Below are positions 48,884 through 58,670 of a DNA stretch of 64,000 nucleotides, piece by piece. Position 1 is the first letter of the stretch. Every line of letters starts with the position of its first letter. Made by a program: the position numbers and the translations under genes. The DNA is from a virus (Duplodnaviria > Caudoviricetes). The stretch is from the IMG/VR virus record IMGVR_UViG_3300032007_000010; one strand, written 5' to 3'. The notes below the pieces were generated by a model that had not been told where the DNA came from, searched no databases, and saw only the letters and a program-made list of their open reading frames with translations.

Positions 48884-48926
48884 TCTGAATAGTGCTCGTA
48901 CCTATAAGCTGATGTACAAGAACTGA
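48882..48926 (+). repeat. Displaced original 3' end of gene 46493..47776 (DLNSARTYKLMYKN*)
   Basis: Synonymously diverged copy of 47732..47776 (DLNSARTYKLMYKS*). Confidence 0.85.
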
Positions 48927-49064
48927 ACATTTATATGATGCTCAGCCGCAGGGTGTCGATTTGTTTCATGATCTTCTCCTTTGAAACCCCTCCCATTTCC
49001 GGGAGGGGTCTTCGTTTTGAATATATAATATAGAGGTAATGATCAAATGATGGGAGGATTTCAC

Positions 49065-49547
49065 ATGAATAACAGATGGGTAAACGGTAGGAAGGTTGAA
49101 CCAACCGAGCGTCAAAACGAAGTTCTTGGATTTTTGGACAAATTCATTCAGCACGGTGTATCCAACGACAAGGCTCACGGAGTTGATGTGTTATACAACC
49201 AATTCATGAGTGGATACTGTCTACACTTCGCATTGATGCTACAGGGGCTATTTCAGCGCGGCAAAGTATGCCTCGCTGCTCCCTTCGGTCACATGGTCTG
49301 GATGGACGACGATGGAACCTGCTATGATTATGGTGGTTTCTATGATGGCGAAGCGTATTACTTCATACCGATTGATATGATTCCGAAATCCATGCTCACA
49401 GATTTCCGTCATGTTCCGAGCGAGGTGCCAACGGCGTACATATCAAAAACTCGGTGTATTTGGCTTATGAAGAGATACTGTGATCTGGCTGGAATCGATT
49501 ACGATGCTGAAGCCGAGCGCTATCTCAAGCCCAGTGCTGTGCGATAG
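49065..49547 (+). CDS. Hypothetical early protein
   Basis: GGGAGG RBS, GYC..FA..GH..YD pattern. Confidence 0.6.
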   Translation: MNNRWVNGRKVEPTERQNEVLGFLDKFIQHGVSNDKAHGVDVLYNQFMSGYCLHFALMLQGLFQRGKVCLAAPFGHMVWMDDDGTCYDYGGFYDGEAYYFIPIDMIPKSMLTDFRHVPSEVPTAYISKTRCIWLMKRYCDLAGIDYDAEAERYLKPSAVR

Positions 49548-49672
49548 GTCGGATCCCTCCCAAATAACCGGGAGGGATTCTTTTTGGTCTATATAATATA
49601 AAAATGAACAATGGTGTCGAACAGCTGACGACATCATTGTAACCATACTATCAAGAAAGGAATTAGTAGACA

Positions 49673-49906
49673 ATGAAAGTTAGAGATCTTATTTCGGTAC
49701 TCGAGAACTTCGACCCTGATCTCGATGTAACCCTGAGCTTTGAGCTCGACAATGAGGGTCATACAGTACACTTTGATCCCCGCTTCGAAGAGATTGAAAC
49801 CAACGACGGCGATGTGATCGACATAGACATCGGTGATATTGAGTGCCAGGATGACTACGATGGCATATCTGATGTGCTCGATGAAGATGACGAAAACGAT
49901 GAGTGA
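49673..49906 (+). CDS. Small acidic protein (MKVRDLI family)
   Basis: RBS, promoter at 49590. Confidence 0.6.
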   Translation: MKVRDLISVLENFDPDLDVTLSFELDNEGHTVHFDPRFEEIETNDGDVIDIDIGDIECQDDYDGISDVLDEDDENDE

Positions 49907-49939
49907 AATACATAATCGGGCATACGACTCAGGAAAGGT

Positions 49940-50428
49940 ATGAACACCATGGATAGAAAACTTGAGAATGAAATCAAACTCGCCGCAGCGTTGCTCAAGC
50001 ATATCGACGGGTCTACTCCCGATGAGATGCGTGAGTATCTCGAGGATCTTGAACCAAAGGATGCGAATGCGCTCTTCGAAGACCTTGACGAACTCAAGCG
50101 GCTGCTGCGACGCATCCATGAGCACTATGACGGAGGGCTGGAGACTCCGGAGCGCATCGATCTCGATCTGCACTTTACCCACATTACCCAGGAGGCAAAG
50201 AACCGTATTCTCGCCATATGTGGGTTCAGCGATCTTTTCAGAATGGGCGACGAACCCGTCATATCGTTTATTGGAAACATGGGCGATGATTTCTTCGGCA
50301 TGAGCGCCAAGATCGAGTGCACATCTCTTCCGACGAGCCAACACGAGGATGATCTGGAGATCGAGGAAGCTCGTAGGAAAGGTGAGCTCATCGAGGAAGA
50401 TGGCGAAGGAGACAATGAAAATGAATAA
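49940..50428 (+). CDS. Hypothetical protein
   Basis: 162-aa ORF. Confidence 0.6.
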   Translation: MNTMDRKLENEIKLAAALLKHIDGSTPDEMREYLEDLEPKDANALFEDLDELKRLLRRIHEHYDGGLETPERIDLDLHFTHITQEAKNRILAICGFSDLFRMGDEPVISFIGNMGDDFFGMSAKIECTSLPTSQHEDDLEIEEARRKGELIEEDGEGDNENE

Positions 50429-50660
50429 CAATAATGAACATCGACCTATCGATACGGAGAGTACCATGGATAGGTTGCAGCGAGAGGATAGATTCCTCGC
50501 CCACGGTCATGTCTATGGAACCATGAGTCCGCAGATATGATCAAAGAGCATTCTGGGGGAGACCCCTGGTATCAGTTCCTAGAGGAACAAACAAGATCCA
50601 TGCATGCGAAGGGTTACTCCGGTGGCCCGCTCATATACACGAAGAACATGGAGGAGAATC

Positions 50661-52022
50661 ATGAATAATCTCACAAAACGCAAGTATCGTTTTACCTACG
50701 GCTATGCCTTTCCCGAGAAACATCCGGAGTGCCCTGATTTCGAGGGTGAGTACTACGTACAGCTCAGCGACACCGACGTGATCGAAGAGGGCGAAACTCC
50801 CAACGAAGCAGGTTTCCTCGTCGTGGCCATGGACCGCTTCGTCGAAGAGCGTAATACCATGGAGCTCAACGAGACTGAGGAGTATGAGCTTCACAGCATC
50901 ACAATCGTTCCCATCACCAGAACGGTTAAGGATCCCAGCGATGTATTGAAAGCACTCATGGATGATTACGTCAATGAGGCGGATTCCATGACTGATCTGA
51001 TCCTCTGCTGGCTCGATGAGGATGAGTCTCATACCCTCACCGACGAGGAGATCCAAACCCTGATCGAGTTTGCCGGGGATGAGAACTATGTGACGGTGGA
51101 AGACATTCGACACATGTCGACGCATGACCCAATGTGCAATGTCGAACCTTACAAGAATGCACAGGCCATGTTTGACGTCATGAAAGAACTCGACGTTGGC
51201 AGCGATCATTTCACCGAGAGACTCAAATATGTTGATAGGCGCATCGAGATTGACACCGAATGTCTCAACACCGCCTGCGGCAATAAAGAAACCAGTCGTT
51301 ATCTGCACCGCATCAATCAGCTTAAGAAATATAAGAAGATGCTCAACATGATTGCGTTCATCGATCGTGTGGAGTCTTCGGATTTGAACGAACGGCTCAT
51401 CATGCTCCGGCTGATCGCGGAACAATTCGGTGTACCGATAATCACGGCTGAACAGGGGAATGAATCTGCAGCCCCTGGTGCATATGGTTCCGGCAAGGTT
51501 GATGGTGTGATTGCCATGGGCGAAACCGTCACATTCGACGGCATCGAATGGATCGTGGTCAATGTGGACAAGGATAGATACACCCTCATGAAGAAGACGA
51601 TCGACAAGATCTCCGCGTTCGGACTCTCCACAAATTATCGCGGTTCGTACATTGCTGATAGATGCGAAGAGTTTCAGGCCCACATGAGCAATGCTGCACT
51701 TTCGATGATCAGCGATAAAACTGTCCAGGGGGTCACTGCCAAGGTATGGATCGCCACCAAGTCCATGATCGAAGAATGGACGGATTCCGACAATCCCACC
51801 AACAACATGTATGGTAGTGTGCGTGTGTGGGATTTCCAAGATACGACGATCGATGCTAAGAAAAACGGTTCCTACTGGTGCCCCGATCCGTCCGACTCCA
51901 ACTATGTCTGGTACGTTAATTGTGGCGGCTACTTCCTCAACTACATTCCGAGCGATGCGCGTGGGTTCCGCCCCTGCATCGAAGTTATTGGGAGGGGCGA
52001 GCATGTATCCAATGTCACCTGA
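50661..52022 (+). CDS. Protein with C-terminal CLec-like (DUF6273-like) domain and DGR-type variable region
   Basis: GGAGG RBS; C-terminal FDGIEWIVV...YWC..VW..GFRPCIEV is paralogous to the 57229-61146 genes. Confidence 0.75.
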   Translation: MNNLTKRKYRFTYGYAFPEKHPECPDFEGEYYVQLSDTDVIEEGETPNEAGFLVVAMDRFVEERNTMELNETEEYELHSITIVPITRTVKDPSDVLKALMDDYVNEADSMTDLILCWLDEDESHTLTDEEIQTLIEFAGDENYVTVEDIRHMSTHDPMCNVEPYKNAQAMFDVMKELDVGSDHFTERLKYVDRRIEIDTECLNTACGNKETSRYLHRINQLKKYKKMLNMIAFIDRVESSDLNERLIMLRLIAEQFGVPIITAEQGNESAAPGAYGSGKVDGVIAMGETVTFDGIEWIVVNVDKDRYTLMKKTIDKISAFGLSTNYRGSYIADRCEEFQAHMSNAALSMISDKTVQGVTAKVWIATKSMIEEWTDSDNPTNNMYGSVRVWDFQDTTIDAKKNGSYWCPDPSDSNYVWYVNCGGYFLNYIPSDARGFRPCIEVIGRGEHVSNVT

Positions 52023-52671
52023 TCAGGAGAATAATATTCAGGCGATGCGGAATTACTGGAATACGCATCCGGAGATTCGAGGCATCAACCCTGTGACTTT
52101 CTGGTTGCACATGTACTATGCATATGCGATGCAGACGTTCATTCCGGGAGTTTCCAAGAATCCGATGTATATCGTATCCGAAGTCAAGCTCATCGAGGAT
52201 ATCGTCGACTATCGATCCAGGACCGAGGAGAACATCACCGATATTGACCAAAAGGCGCAGTTGATCAAGGACTTCATCGATCGCGTGGATGAATACATTA
52301 GATTACACCATTCGGACGTGGTTGACGCCCTCGAGGTTATCGCCGAGAATCCGGACTATCTATCCGCAGTGATCTTCGTGAACGATGGTAGCTTTCGCAC
52401 CAATCGCATTATCCTGTCAGAGGCTGAGTTCGCGTATTGTGCCATCGAAAGGAACGGGGAATGCGTCCTCATCAACACCATCACGCACAATCAAGCTGAA
52501 CCTGCGATAAAACATATCATCGAGGAAGATGGTGTGATATTCGTGCAACTTGTGCCCAAAGCGTACACGGAAAGGATTCTCAGATATAACCGTTTGATGA
52601 GTCAGATCGGCCACTATGGCAGCGAACCATCATACCGTCGCATCGGTCCGTTACCTTCGATCTGGTTCTGA
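52003..52671 (+). CDS. Hypothetical protein
   Basis: GGGAGG RBS before MYPMSP. Confidence 0.65.
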   Translation: MYPMSPDQENNIQAMRNYWNTHPEIRGINPVTFWLHMYYAYAMQTFIPGVSKNPMYIVSEVKLIEDIVDYRSRTEENITDIDQKAQLIKDFIDRVDEYIRLHHSDVVDALEVIAENPDYLSAVIFVNDGSFRTNRIILSEAEFAYCAIERNGECVLINTITHNQAEPAIKHIIEEDGVIFVQLVPKAYTERILRYNRLMSQIGHYGSEPSYRRIGPLPSIWF

Positions 52672-52762
52672 GGAATCAAAGAAACCGCTTCCTTCGTGGG
52701 GCGGTTTCTTTTTGCTCGAACATCCATATATAATAGACATCCCCGAGAAAGGAGACATTCTC

Positions 52763-54094
52763 ATGCTTCATGTAGGACGACCACAGGACTATCCAGATGA
52801 CTACGGGCAGTGGAATAGACTCTATTCCGTGCAAGAATGGCCCGAGGAAGAGGTCATCCAATACGATCGTCATATCCAAAAGACAAGCTATAACCAGGCC
52901 ACCATCACCGGTGCCGTGGTCGACTGGATCAAGTCATTCTTCCCGGCAGGATATTTCAAGCGCACGAGGATCACCACCGAATCTGCGTATGGGGAATTCA
53001 AGAGTTTCATGCGCAACATATACAAGCTCGAAAAACCGTTCATGATCATCGATCCACAATCCATCACCCACGATGATGAGAGCCTCTTTGGTCAGAACAT
53101 GACCGATCGCTACAACTTCTATGATCCGGGGAACGAGGGCATTGGCCCCGCCCTGATCTACTCGCTTCCGATCCTCAAGACGGATTCCATCGAGCTCGTC
53201 TATCGACGCAATCGTTTCCGCTTCGACTTTGACATGATGATCATGGAGCAGAATCTGGATCGTCAGCTCAACACCTACAACATGTTGCTCATGCGCATTC
53301 GGCATAACTCAAAGTTTACGCTGGATCGAACGCTTCCGTATCTGCTGCCGAGCAAGCAGATGAAATTCATCGCCAAGGTGCATGGGTATGAATATGGCAC
53401 CGAGGAGTTCGTGAGATTCCTCAACTCCGTGTCCAAATACTCGATCATCATGCGTGTCACACCCAACGGCGTGGTTCTTCACTACATGCTCGTCCCAACA
53501 CAGCTAATGTGCGAAGTGACCGGCTATCCAAACCGCGACACGCCGGAAACCAGCAATGCCATCGAGTGGGGCGCCAGGCTCACCGAAGAATTCATCTTCA
53601 AGGCTGATGTGCCGTCGGAATTCATTCTCATGATTCCCGAGAAGGCCGACTTTGTCCCCTACGAAGAAATCATCGATGACACGCCGGATCTCATCACCAT
53701 CACTAACCCGGACTATGCGGATCTGGACTGGCCCACCGAGATCAATGGGTACACGGCGGCGGTGAAGTTCGATGTGGAGTTCCAGCAGGGCGACGACAAC
53801 AAAATTGCCATTCTCCCCGAATGCTATCGCACCATCGATCCGGATATTCGCAACGTGATCCTCGAGTGTGTCCAGAAGAAGGGGAAATTATCAGATCTCA
53901 TGCTGGTGCGAGCCTACCCCAACGGTTCCTACATGAATGCGCCGGCCGTGTTTGACGACGAGGGAATCCTGACCATCGGAAACCCGCAGGTCGGGAAGCT
54001 ATACACAATTATGGTTTACATCAACCTCGGAACGATCAATATCATACGCGAGGGGAAAAATAAACAACACATCGGCACCATCGAAAAGTACTGA
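52763..54094 (+). CDS. Probable virion structural protein
   Basis: AACA-N6-TA at 52719, AAGGAG RBS, 443 aa. Confidence 0.55.
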   Translation: MLHVGRPQDYPDDYGQWNRLYSVQEWPEEEVIQYDRHIQKTSYNQATITGAVVDWIKSFFPAGYFKRTRITTESAYGEFKSFMRNIYKLEKPFMIIDPQSITHDDESLFGQNMTDRYNFYDPGNEGIGPALIYSLPILKTDSIELVYRRNRFRFDFDMMIMEQNLDRQLNTYNMLLMRIRHNSKFTLDRTLPYLLPSKQMKFIAKVHGYEYGTEEFVRFLNSVSKYSIIMRVTPNGVVLHYMLVPTQLMCEVTGYPNRDTPETSNAIEWGARLTEEFIFKADVPSEFILMIPEKADFVPYEEIIDDTPDLITITNPDYADLDWPTEINGYTAAVKFDVEFQQGDDNKIAILPECYRTIDPDIRNVILECVQKKGKLSDLMLVRAYPNGSYMNAPAVFDDEGILTIGNPQVGKLYTIMVYINLGTINIIREGKNKQHIGTIEKY

Positions 54095-54178
54095 ATTGCT
54101 TCCTGTTTTCTTTGTGATCGAATTTGAATTTCATCGAACATTAGTATACTTAATGCTTCGGGAAAGGAGGAGGATATC

Positions 54179-54505
54179 ATGGGTCTATTTGATAAGCTCA
54201 GAGCACGCAGCGAGCAGCGCAGGACAGCACAGCTCGAGGCCGAGCACGCATCCGTGGAGCAGCGTCTCCGCGATGAACTCTTTGCCATGTCGATCGAAGA
54301 ACCTGAAAAACGCACGGTTGAATTCAAGAATCGTCGCTATGTGCTCGAGATCACCAAGACCGGCGAGCGCAAGTTCAGCGTGCACGAACCCTTCGAAAAC
54401 AACGGCAAGAAAATGTGGAGATACAACACCGTGATCTACACGGCGGCCGGCGAACAGGGCAGTGCTAGGACGGGAGTCTATCCGGCCTCCTTTGCGAATA
54501 GGTGA
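54179..54505 (+). CDS. Hypothetical protein
   Basis: AGGAGGAGG RBS, late promoter at 54137. Confidence 0.65.
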   Translation: MGLFDKLRARSEQRRTAQLEAEHASVEQRLRDELFAMSIEEPEKRTVEFKNRRYVLEITKTGERKFSVHEPFENNGKKMWRYNTVIYTAAGEQGSARTGVYPASFANR

Positions 54506-54598
54506 TCAAAATCCCCTCCCCAACCATCGGGAGGGGATTTTACTTTGGTCTATATAATATAACCTTGAAGTAACAAACGAAAGGTGGTAGGAATATCC

Positions 54599-54997
54599 AT
54601 GAATCTGATCCTGAGCTATCGCATCGCGCAGCTCGAAGCAACCATCATCAATGATGTGAAGTCGCTCAGAAAGAGTACCAACGAAGCAACCATTGCGACC
54701 CGACGCGACCGTCTCATGCTTGACATCGGAAAGCTGATCCCATTCTATCACGCGACCAGAAACGAGATGATTCGTTGCGAGGCATTGGAATACACCGGTG
54801 CGGTGTTGCTGGGAATCAATCCGAAATACGGCATCAAACTCTATGATCGCGGTCTCGAGCTCATCGGCAACGAAATATCAAGATTCAACCGCGGAAACTA
54901 CACAGCAGAACAATTCATCAACTACAAGCATAATCTCTCGATGACCGGCATGTTCGGCAATGACAGGACGGTCGTAAAAGACGATGTCAAAAATTAA
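54599..54997 (+). CDS. Hypothetical early protein
   Basis: Promoter at 54551. Confidence 0.6.
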   Translation: MNLILSYRIAQLEATIINDVKSLRKSTNEATIATRRDRLMLDIGKLIPFYHATRNEMIRCEALEYTGAVLLGINPKYGIKLYDRGLELIGNEISRFNRGNYTAEQFINYKHNLSMTGMFGNDRTVVKDDVKN

Positions 54998-55015
54998 CAC
55001 ATGGGAGGAAACAAC

Positions 55016-55822
55016 ATGAATCGAATCGTACATCTGGACAGCGGGGAGATCTTTCCCCTCGACCACTATGGCATCGGCACCGAGCCGTTGCGCGACGCTG
55101 TGCGCGATGTCATTGCGCTCTATCTCACCAACACATCTCCGGTGGATGTCGAGAAAGCGTTTATCGACGGATCATCCTTCGTCATCGAAACACACTATGA
55201 CCAGGGTGATCTTACCCACGATGCCGGTGATGTTGACGTCTGCGAGGACTACGCATCCTATATCGTGGCCGGCTCGGTCGTCGACAAGGGCAACGGCCTT
55301 GTCATCGTCACCATGGGCAAGGCTATGAGCGAGAAGGAACAGCTCATCGCCGCGCGCACCATGGAGCGTCGCATCAACAATCTCGAGAAAAGGCTCCGCG
55401 AGATTACAAACTCCTACGAGCAGATCCGGGCCCAGAAGAAGCAGCTCGAATTCGAGAACCTGCGTATCTCCGAGGAATTCAAGGCTCTCCAAGACATGAT
55501 CAACGCCGTGAACAACGCACAGATCATTCCCGAGGGTGAACCGATCGGCGATCCGGACGATCTCTATCCGTCAGACATGCCCGTCGACAGTCTCGAACAG
55601 GATGAGGATCCGATCTATCCGGTCGAAGAGCCGGATCCGATCGATGCTCCTCCGACCGAGGTGGTCCCCGTCGAGGATGTGCCGGTCGTCGAGGAAAAGC
55701 CCAAGAAACCCAAGAAAACCGTGGAAAAGAAGGTCTACAAGCGCAAAACGGCTCCCAAGACCGATGAAAAACCCAAGACCGAGAAGAAAACAACTCGGTC
55801 CAAGAAGAAAAATGCCTTCTAG
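55016..55822 (+). CDS. Hypothetical protein with coiled coil, acidic Pro-rich linker and Lys-rich tail
   Basis: GGGAGG RBS. Confidence 0.7.
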   Translation: MNRIVHLDSGEIFPLDHYGIGTEPLRDAVRDVIALYLTNTSPVDVEKAFIDGSSFVIETHYDQGDLTHDAGDVDVCEDYASYIVAGSVVDKGNGLVIVTMGKAMSEKEQLIAARTMERRINNLEKRLREITNSYEQIRAQKKQLEFENLRISEEFKALQDMINAVNNAQIIPEGEPIGDPDDLYPSDMPVDSLEQDEDPIYPVEEPDPIDAPPTEVVPVEDVPVVEEKPKKPKKTVEKKVYKRKTAPKTDEKPKTEKKTTRSKKKNAF

Positions 55823-56049
55823 GATACCATCAAATACCCCTCCCGGTGATCCGGGAGGGGTTTCTTTTTCCCTCAAAACAACATTTTTACCCCTAAATTT
55901 TGTTGCATCTTAGACCCTACCTTTTGGCAGGTGTCGACATATGGCAGTTTTGGCAGAGATTTCAGCACATCAACTCGCTGCAAACCCTTTATTCATGCGG
56001 GTTTCGGGCGTTTCGTCAAAATATAACAACACCAAGGAGGTGTGATTTA

Positions 56050-57225
56050 GTGGCAGTTCTGAAACAGAGGCTTCACAGGTTCAATGGCGCCTCCTATGAT
56101 ACGATTCACTTCGAGACCGAGGTTGCCTGTGTTGTCGGACTCCCGGAGTGGGTCAAGTCGGCCACCAAGCCGGCCTACACAGCCTCGGAGATCACGTCCA
56201 CCGGTGGCACCGTCCAGTCCGACCTGGATAGCTATCTCCCCGAGGTGCAGGCCACCGACGATGCGCCCGCCGCCACCAAGGAATCCAAGCTCGTGGTTGG
56301 GCCCTCGAGTGCCTGGGTTCATGGAGTGAACATCCTCGATTCCGGATCCCAGGGCGTGTCCCGCAGCGTTGATGTTACCCTCGCTGCCTCGGGCTGGGAG
56401 GGAAGCTCCGCTCCCTACACCCAGCGCATCTTCGTCTCTGGTCTCATGGCGGGCCAGGATGGTGTCATCGGTCCTGGCCAGAGCGCCAGCGATGCTCAGG
56501 CCACGGCCATCGAGGATGCCTGCATGCGCATCAGTGCCCAGGATTCTTCCACGCTCACGATCACGGCAAAGGGCGCGAAACCGAGCATCGATCTTCCGGT
56601 GCAGATTCTCCTCTTCACCACGACCACCGATGAGGGCTATCTCATCGGCTCCTGCCCCCAGGCGATCCCCGTGACGCTCACGGTGGCCGGCTGGGATTCC
56701 ACCGCCAAGACCCAGACCGTGGCGGTACCTGGCATCGTCGCCGACGAACTCAAGCAGAAGATCGAGCCGAACCCCTCCAATGCGTCGAGCGCTGAGTACT
56801 TCGATTGCAACGTGCGTGCCACCGCACAGGCCACGGATTCGCTCACCTTCACCTGCGATGAGATTCCAACCGCAGCGCTGACGGTCTACGTGCTCATCAC
56901 CGCCATCGCCGAGACCACCGGGACCGTTCCAGTCGGGGCAGGCATCGGTGTGCACCAGTACGCTACCATGAAGACGGTGACCACGGGTACAAGCTGGACC
57001 GACAACGGAGACGGCTGGTATCAACAAACGATCACGATTCCCGGGACGACGGAGAATACCCAGGTGGATCTCCAGAACGATGAGGATGTCATCGACCAGA
57101 TGGAGGAGGATGGTTGCAGCAACCTCTTCGTCAAGAACGTGGATGGAACACTGTATCTCATGGCCAAGGATGCTCCGTTGAGTGTTGCGGTGACCCTCCA
57201 GGTCAACCTGAAGGAGGTGTATTGA
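56050..57225 (+). CDS. Tail fibre-associated protein with three repeated beta modules
   Basis: AAGGAGG RBS and GTG start; repeats VTLAASGW..YTQRI.V.G / VTLTVAGW..TQTV.V.G / SWT...YQQTI.I.G. Confidence 0.6.
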   Translation: MAVLKQRLHRFNGASYDTIHFETEVACVVGLPEWVKSATKPAYTASEITSTGGTVQSDLDSYLPEVQATDDAPAATKESKLVVGPSSAWVHGVNILDSGSQGVSRSVDVTLAASGWEGSSAPYTQRIFVSGLMAGQDGVIGPGQSASDAQATAIEDACMRISAQDSSTLTITAKGAKPSIDLPVQILLFTTTTDEGYLIGSCPQAIPVTLTVAGWDSTAKTQTVAVPGIVADELKQKIEPNPSNASSAEYFDCNVRATAQATDSLTFTCDEIPTAALTVYVLITAIAETTGTVPVGAGIGVHQYATMKTVTTGTSWTDNGDGWYQQTITIPGTTENTQVDLQNDEDVIDQMEEDGCSNLFVKNVDGTLYLMAKDAPLSVAVTLQVNLKEVY

Positions 57226-57228
57226 TCC

Positions 57229-57894
57229 ATGGGAACAATCTATGGTGATGCACTCAAATCTGGAGGGAAGTTCGACTTCAGTGGAGCGAATGTAACAGTG
57301 GATGATTTGCCAATCGGTGTATATGCTTGGGATGCTAATGGTACACTGATAGGACGGGAAGCAGATCCTGGTGAATACGGCTCCAATGTCATCTCCGGAA
57401 CTCTTACCAAAGGTTCATATGTACGTTTTGATGGCATCGACTGGATCGTTGCGAATGTCTCCGGCAACACCTACACCCTGATGCTGAAGAAGATGACCGA
57501 GACCACAACCTTCGGTTCGTCGACCAGCTATAGTGGCAGTACCATCACGTCGAAGTGCACGACCTTCCAGAATGCGATGTCGGCGAATGCGCTGTCGGTG
57601 GTCAACTCGAAGACGGTACAGTCGGTTACAGCGGAGGTGTGGATCGCTACGAGATCCGACATCGAATCCTGGACCGATAGCAACGACCAGACCAGTTCTG
57701 CCTGGTCTGGCATTCGCAAGTGGACGGGCTCGTCCGAGGATGACTATGCCGTGAAAGACATCTATAGCTACTGGTGCTCTGATCCGGACGGCTCCGGCCG
57801 TGTCTGGGCCGTCGCTTACATCGGCCTCTTCGTCAACGACAACGGTCCGAGCTATGCGCGTGGGTTCCGCCCTTGTATCGAAGTTGTACAATGA
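57229..57894 (+). CDS. CLec-like (DUF6273-like) receptor-binding protein, DGR-type VR at 57769-57873
   Basis: C-terminal YWC..VW..GFRPCIEV, GC-rich hairpin just downstream. Confidence 0.75.
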   Translation: MGTIYGDALKSGGKFDFSGANVTVDDLPIGVYAWDANGTLIGREADPGEYGSNVISGTLTKGSYVRFDGIDWIVANVSGNTYTLMLKKMTETTTFGSSTSYSGSTITSKCTTFQNAMSANALSVVNSKTVQSVTAEVWIATRSDIESWTDSNDQTSSAWSGIRKWTGSSEDDYAVKDIYSYWCSDPDGSGRVWAVAYIGLFVNDNGPSYARGFRPCIEVVQ

Positions 57895-57956
57895 ACAAAA
57901 GTGACCCGCCCAGGAGCGGGCGGGTCTTCTCATAACAATGAAAGGAGGAATGCTCC

Positions 57957-58670
57957 TTGATTCAGAATCAACCAAATCCCAATACCATATCAGAGCTCCA
58001 GGCTGAGATCAACTACTGGAAAAGGCGGTATGAGGAGAAAACTTTTGACTTTTCTGGGGCCACCGCAACACCGGACGATATTCTCCAGGGGGTTAAGGCT
58101 TGGGATGCCACCGGCACACTGATCACTGGCACTTATGTGTTTCCTGGTGAATATGGTTCTCCCGAGATTGCTGGTACTCTCACAAAGGGCTCATACGTCA
58201 GGTTCGATGGGTTGGATTGGATTATCGCCAAGGTGAACGGTTCCACCTACACACTCATGCTGAAGAAGATGACGGAGACGACGCAGTTTGGCTCGTCGAT
58301 CTACTACAGTGGTTCGACAATCGCATCCAAGTGCACGACCTTCCAGGGTACCATGTCTGCCGAGGCGCTGTCGGTCGTCAACTCCAAGACCGTACAATCT
58401 GTCACGGCCAAAGTGTGGATTGCCCAGAAGACCGACATCGAATCCTGGACTGTCAGCAGCGAACCGTCTTCGTCAGATTGGTCTGGTATTCGCAAATGGA
58501 CCGCCAACGATGGCATCTACGATTCGGTCGGAGCTACCAACTACTGGTGCTCGAATACGAACGACTCCAGTTATGTCTGGATCGTCACTTCCGACGGCTA
58601 CTTCTACGGCCGCAATAGTCCGAGTAAGACGTATGGTTTCCGACCCTGCATCGAAGTCACTCAATCCTGA
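57957..58670 (+). CDS. CLec-like receptor-binding paralog, VR-like segment at 58542-58646
   Basis: Close paralog of 57229..57894. Confidence 0.75.
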   Translation: MIQNQPNPNTISELQAEINYWKRRYEEKTFDFSGATATPDDILQGVKAWDATGTLITGTYVFPGEYGSPEIAGTLTKGSYVRFDGLDWIIAKVNGSTYTLMLKKMTETTQFGSSIYYSGSTIASKCTTFQGTMSAEALSVVNSKTVQSVTAKVWIAQKTDIESWTVSSEPSSSDWSGIRKWTANDGIYDSVGATNYWCSNTNDSSYVWIVTSDGYFYGRNSPSKTYGFRPCIEVTQS

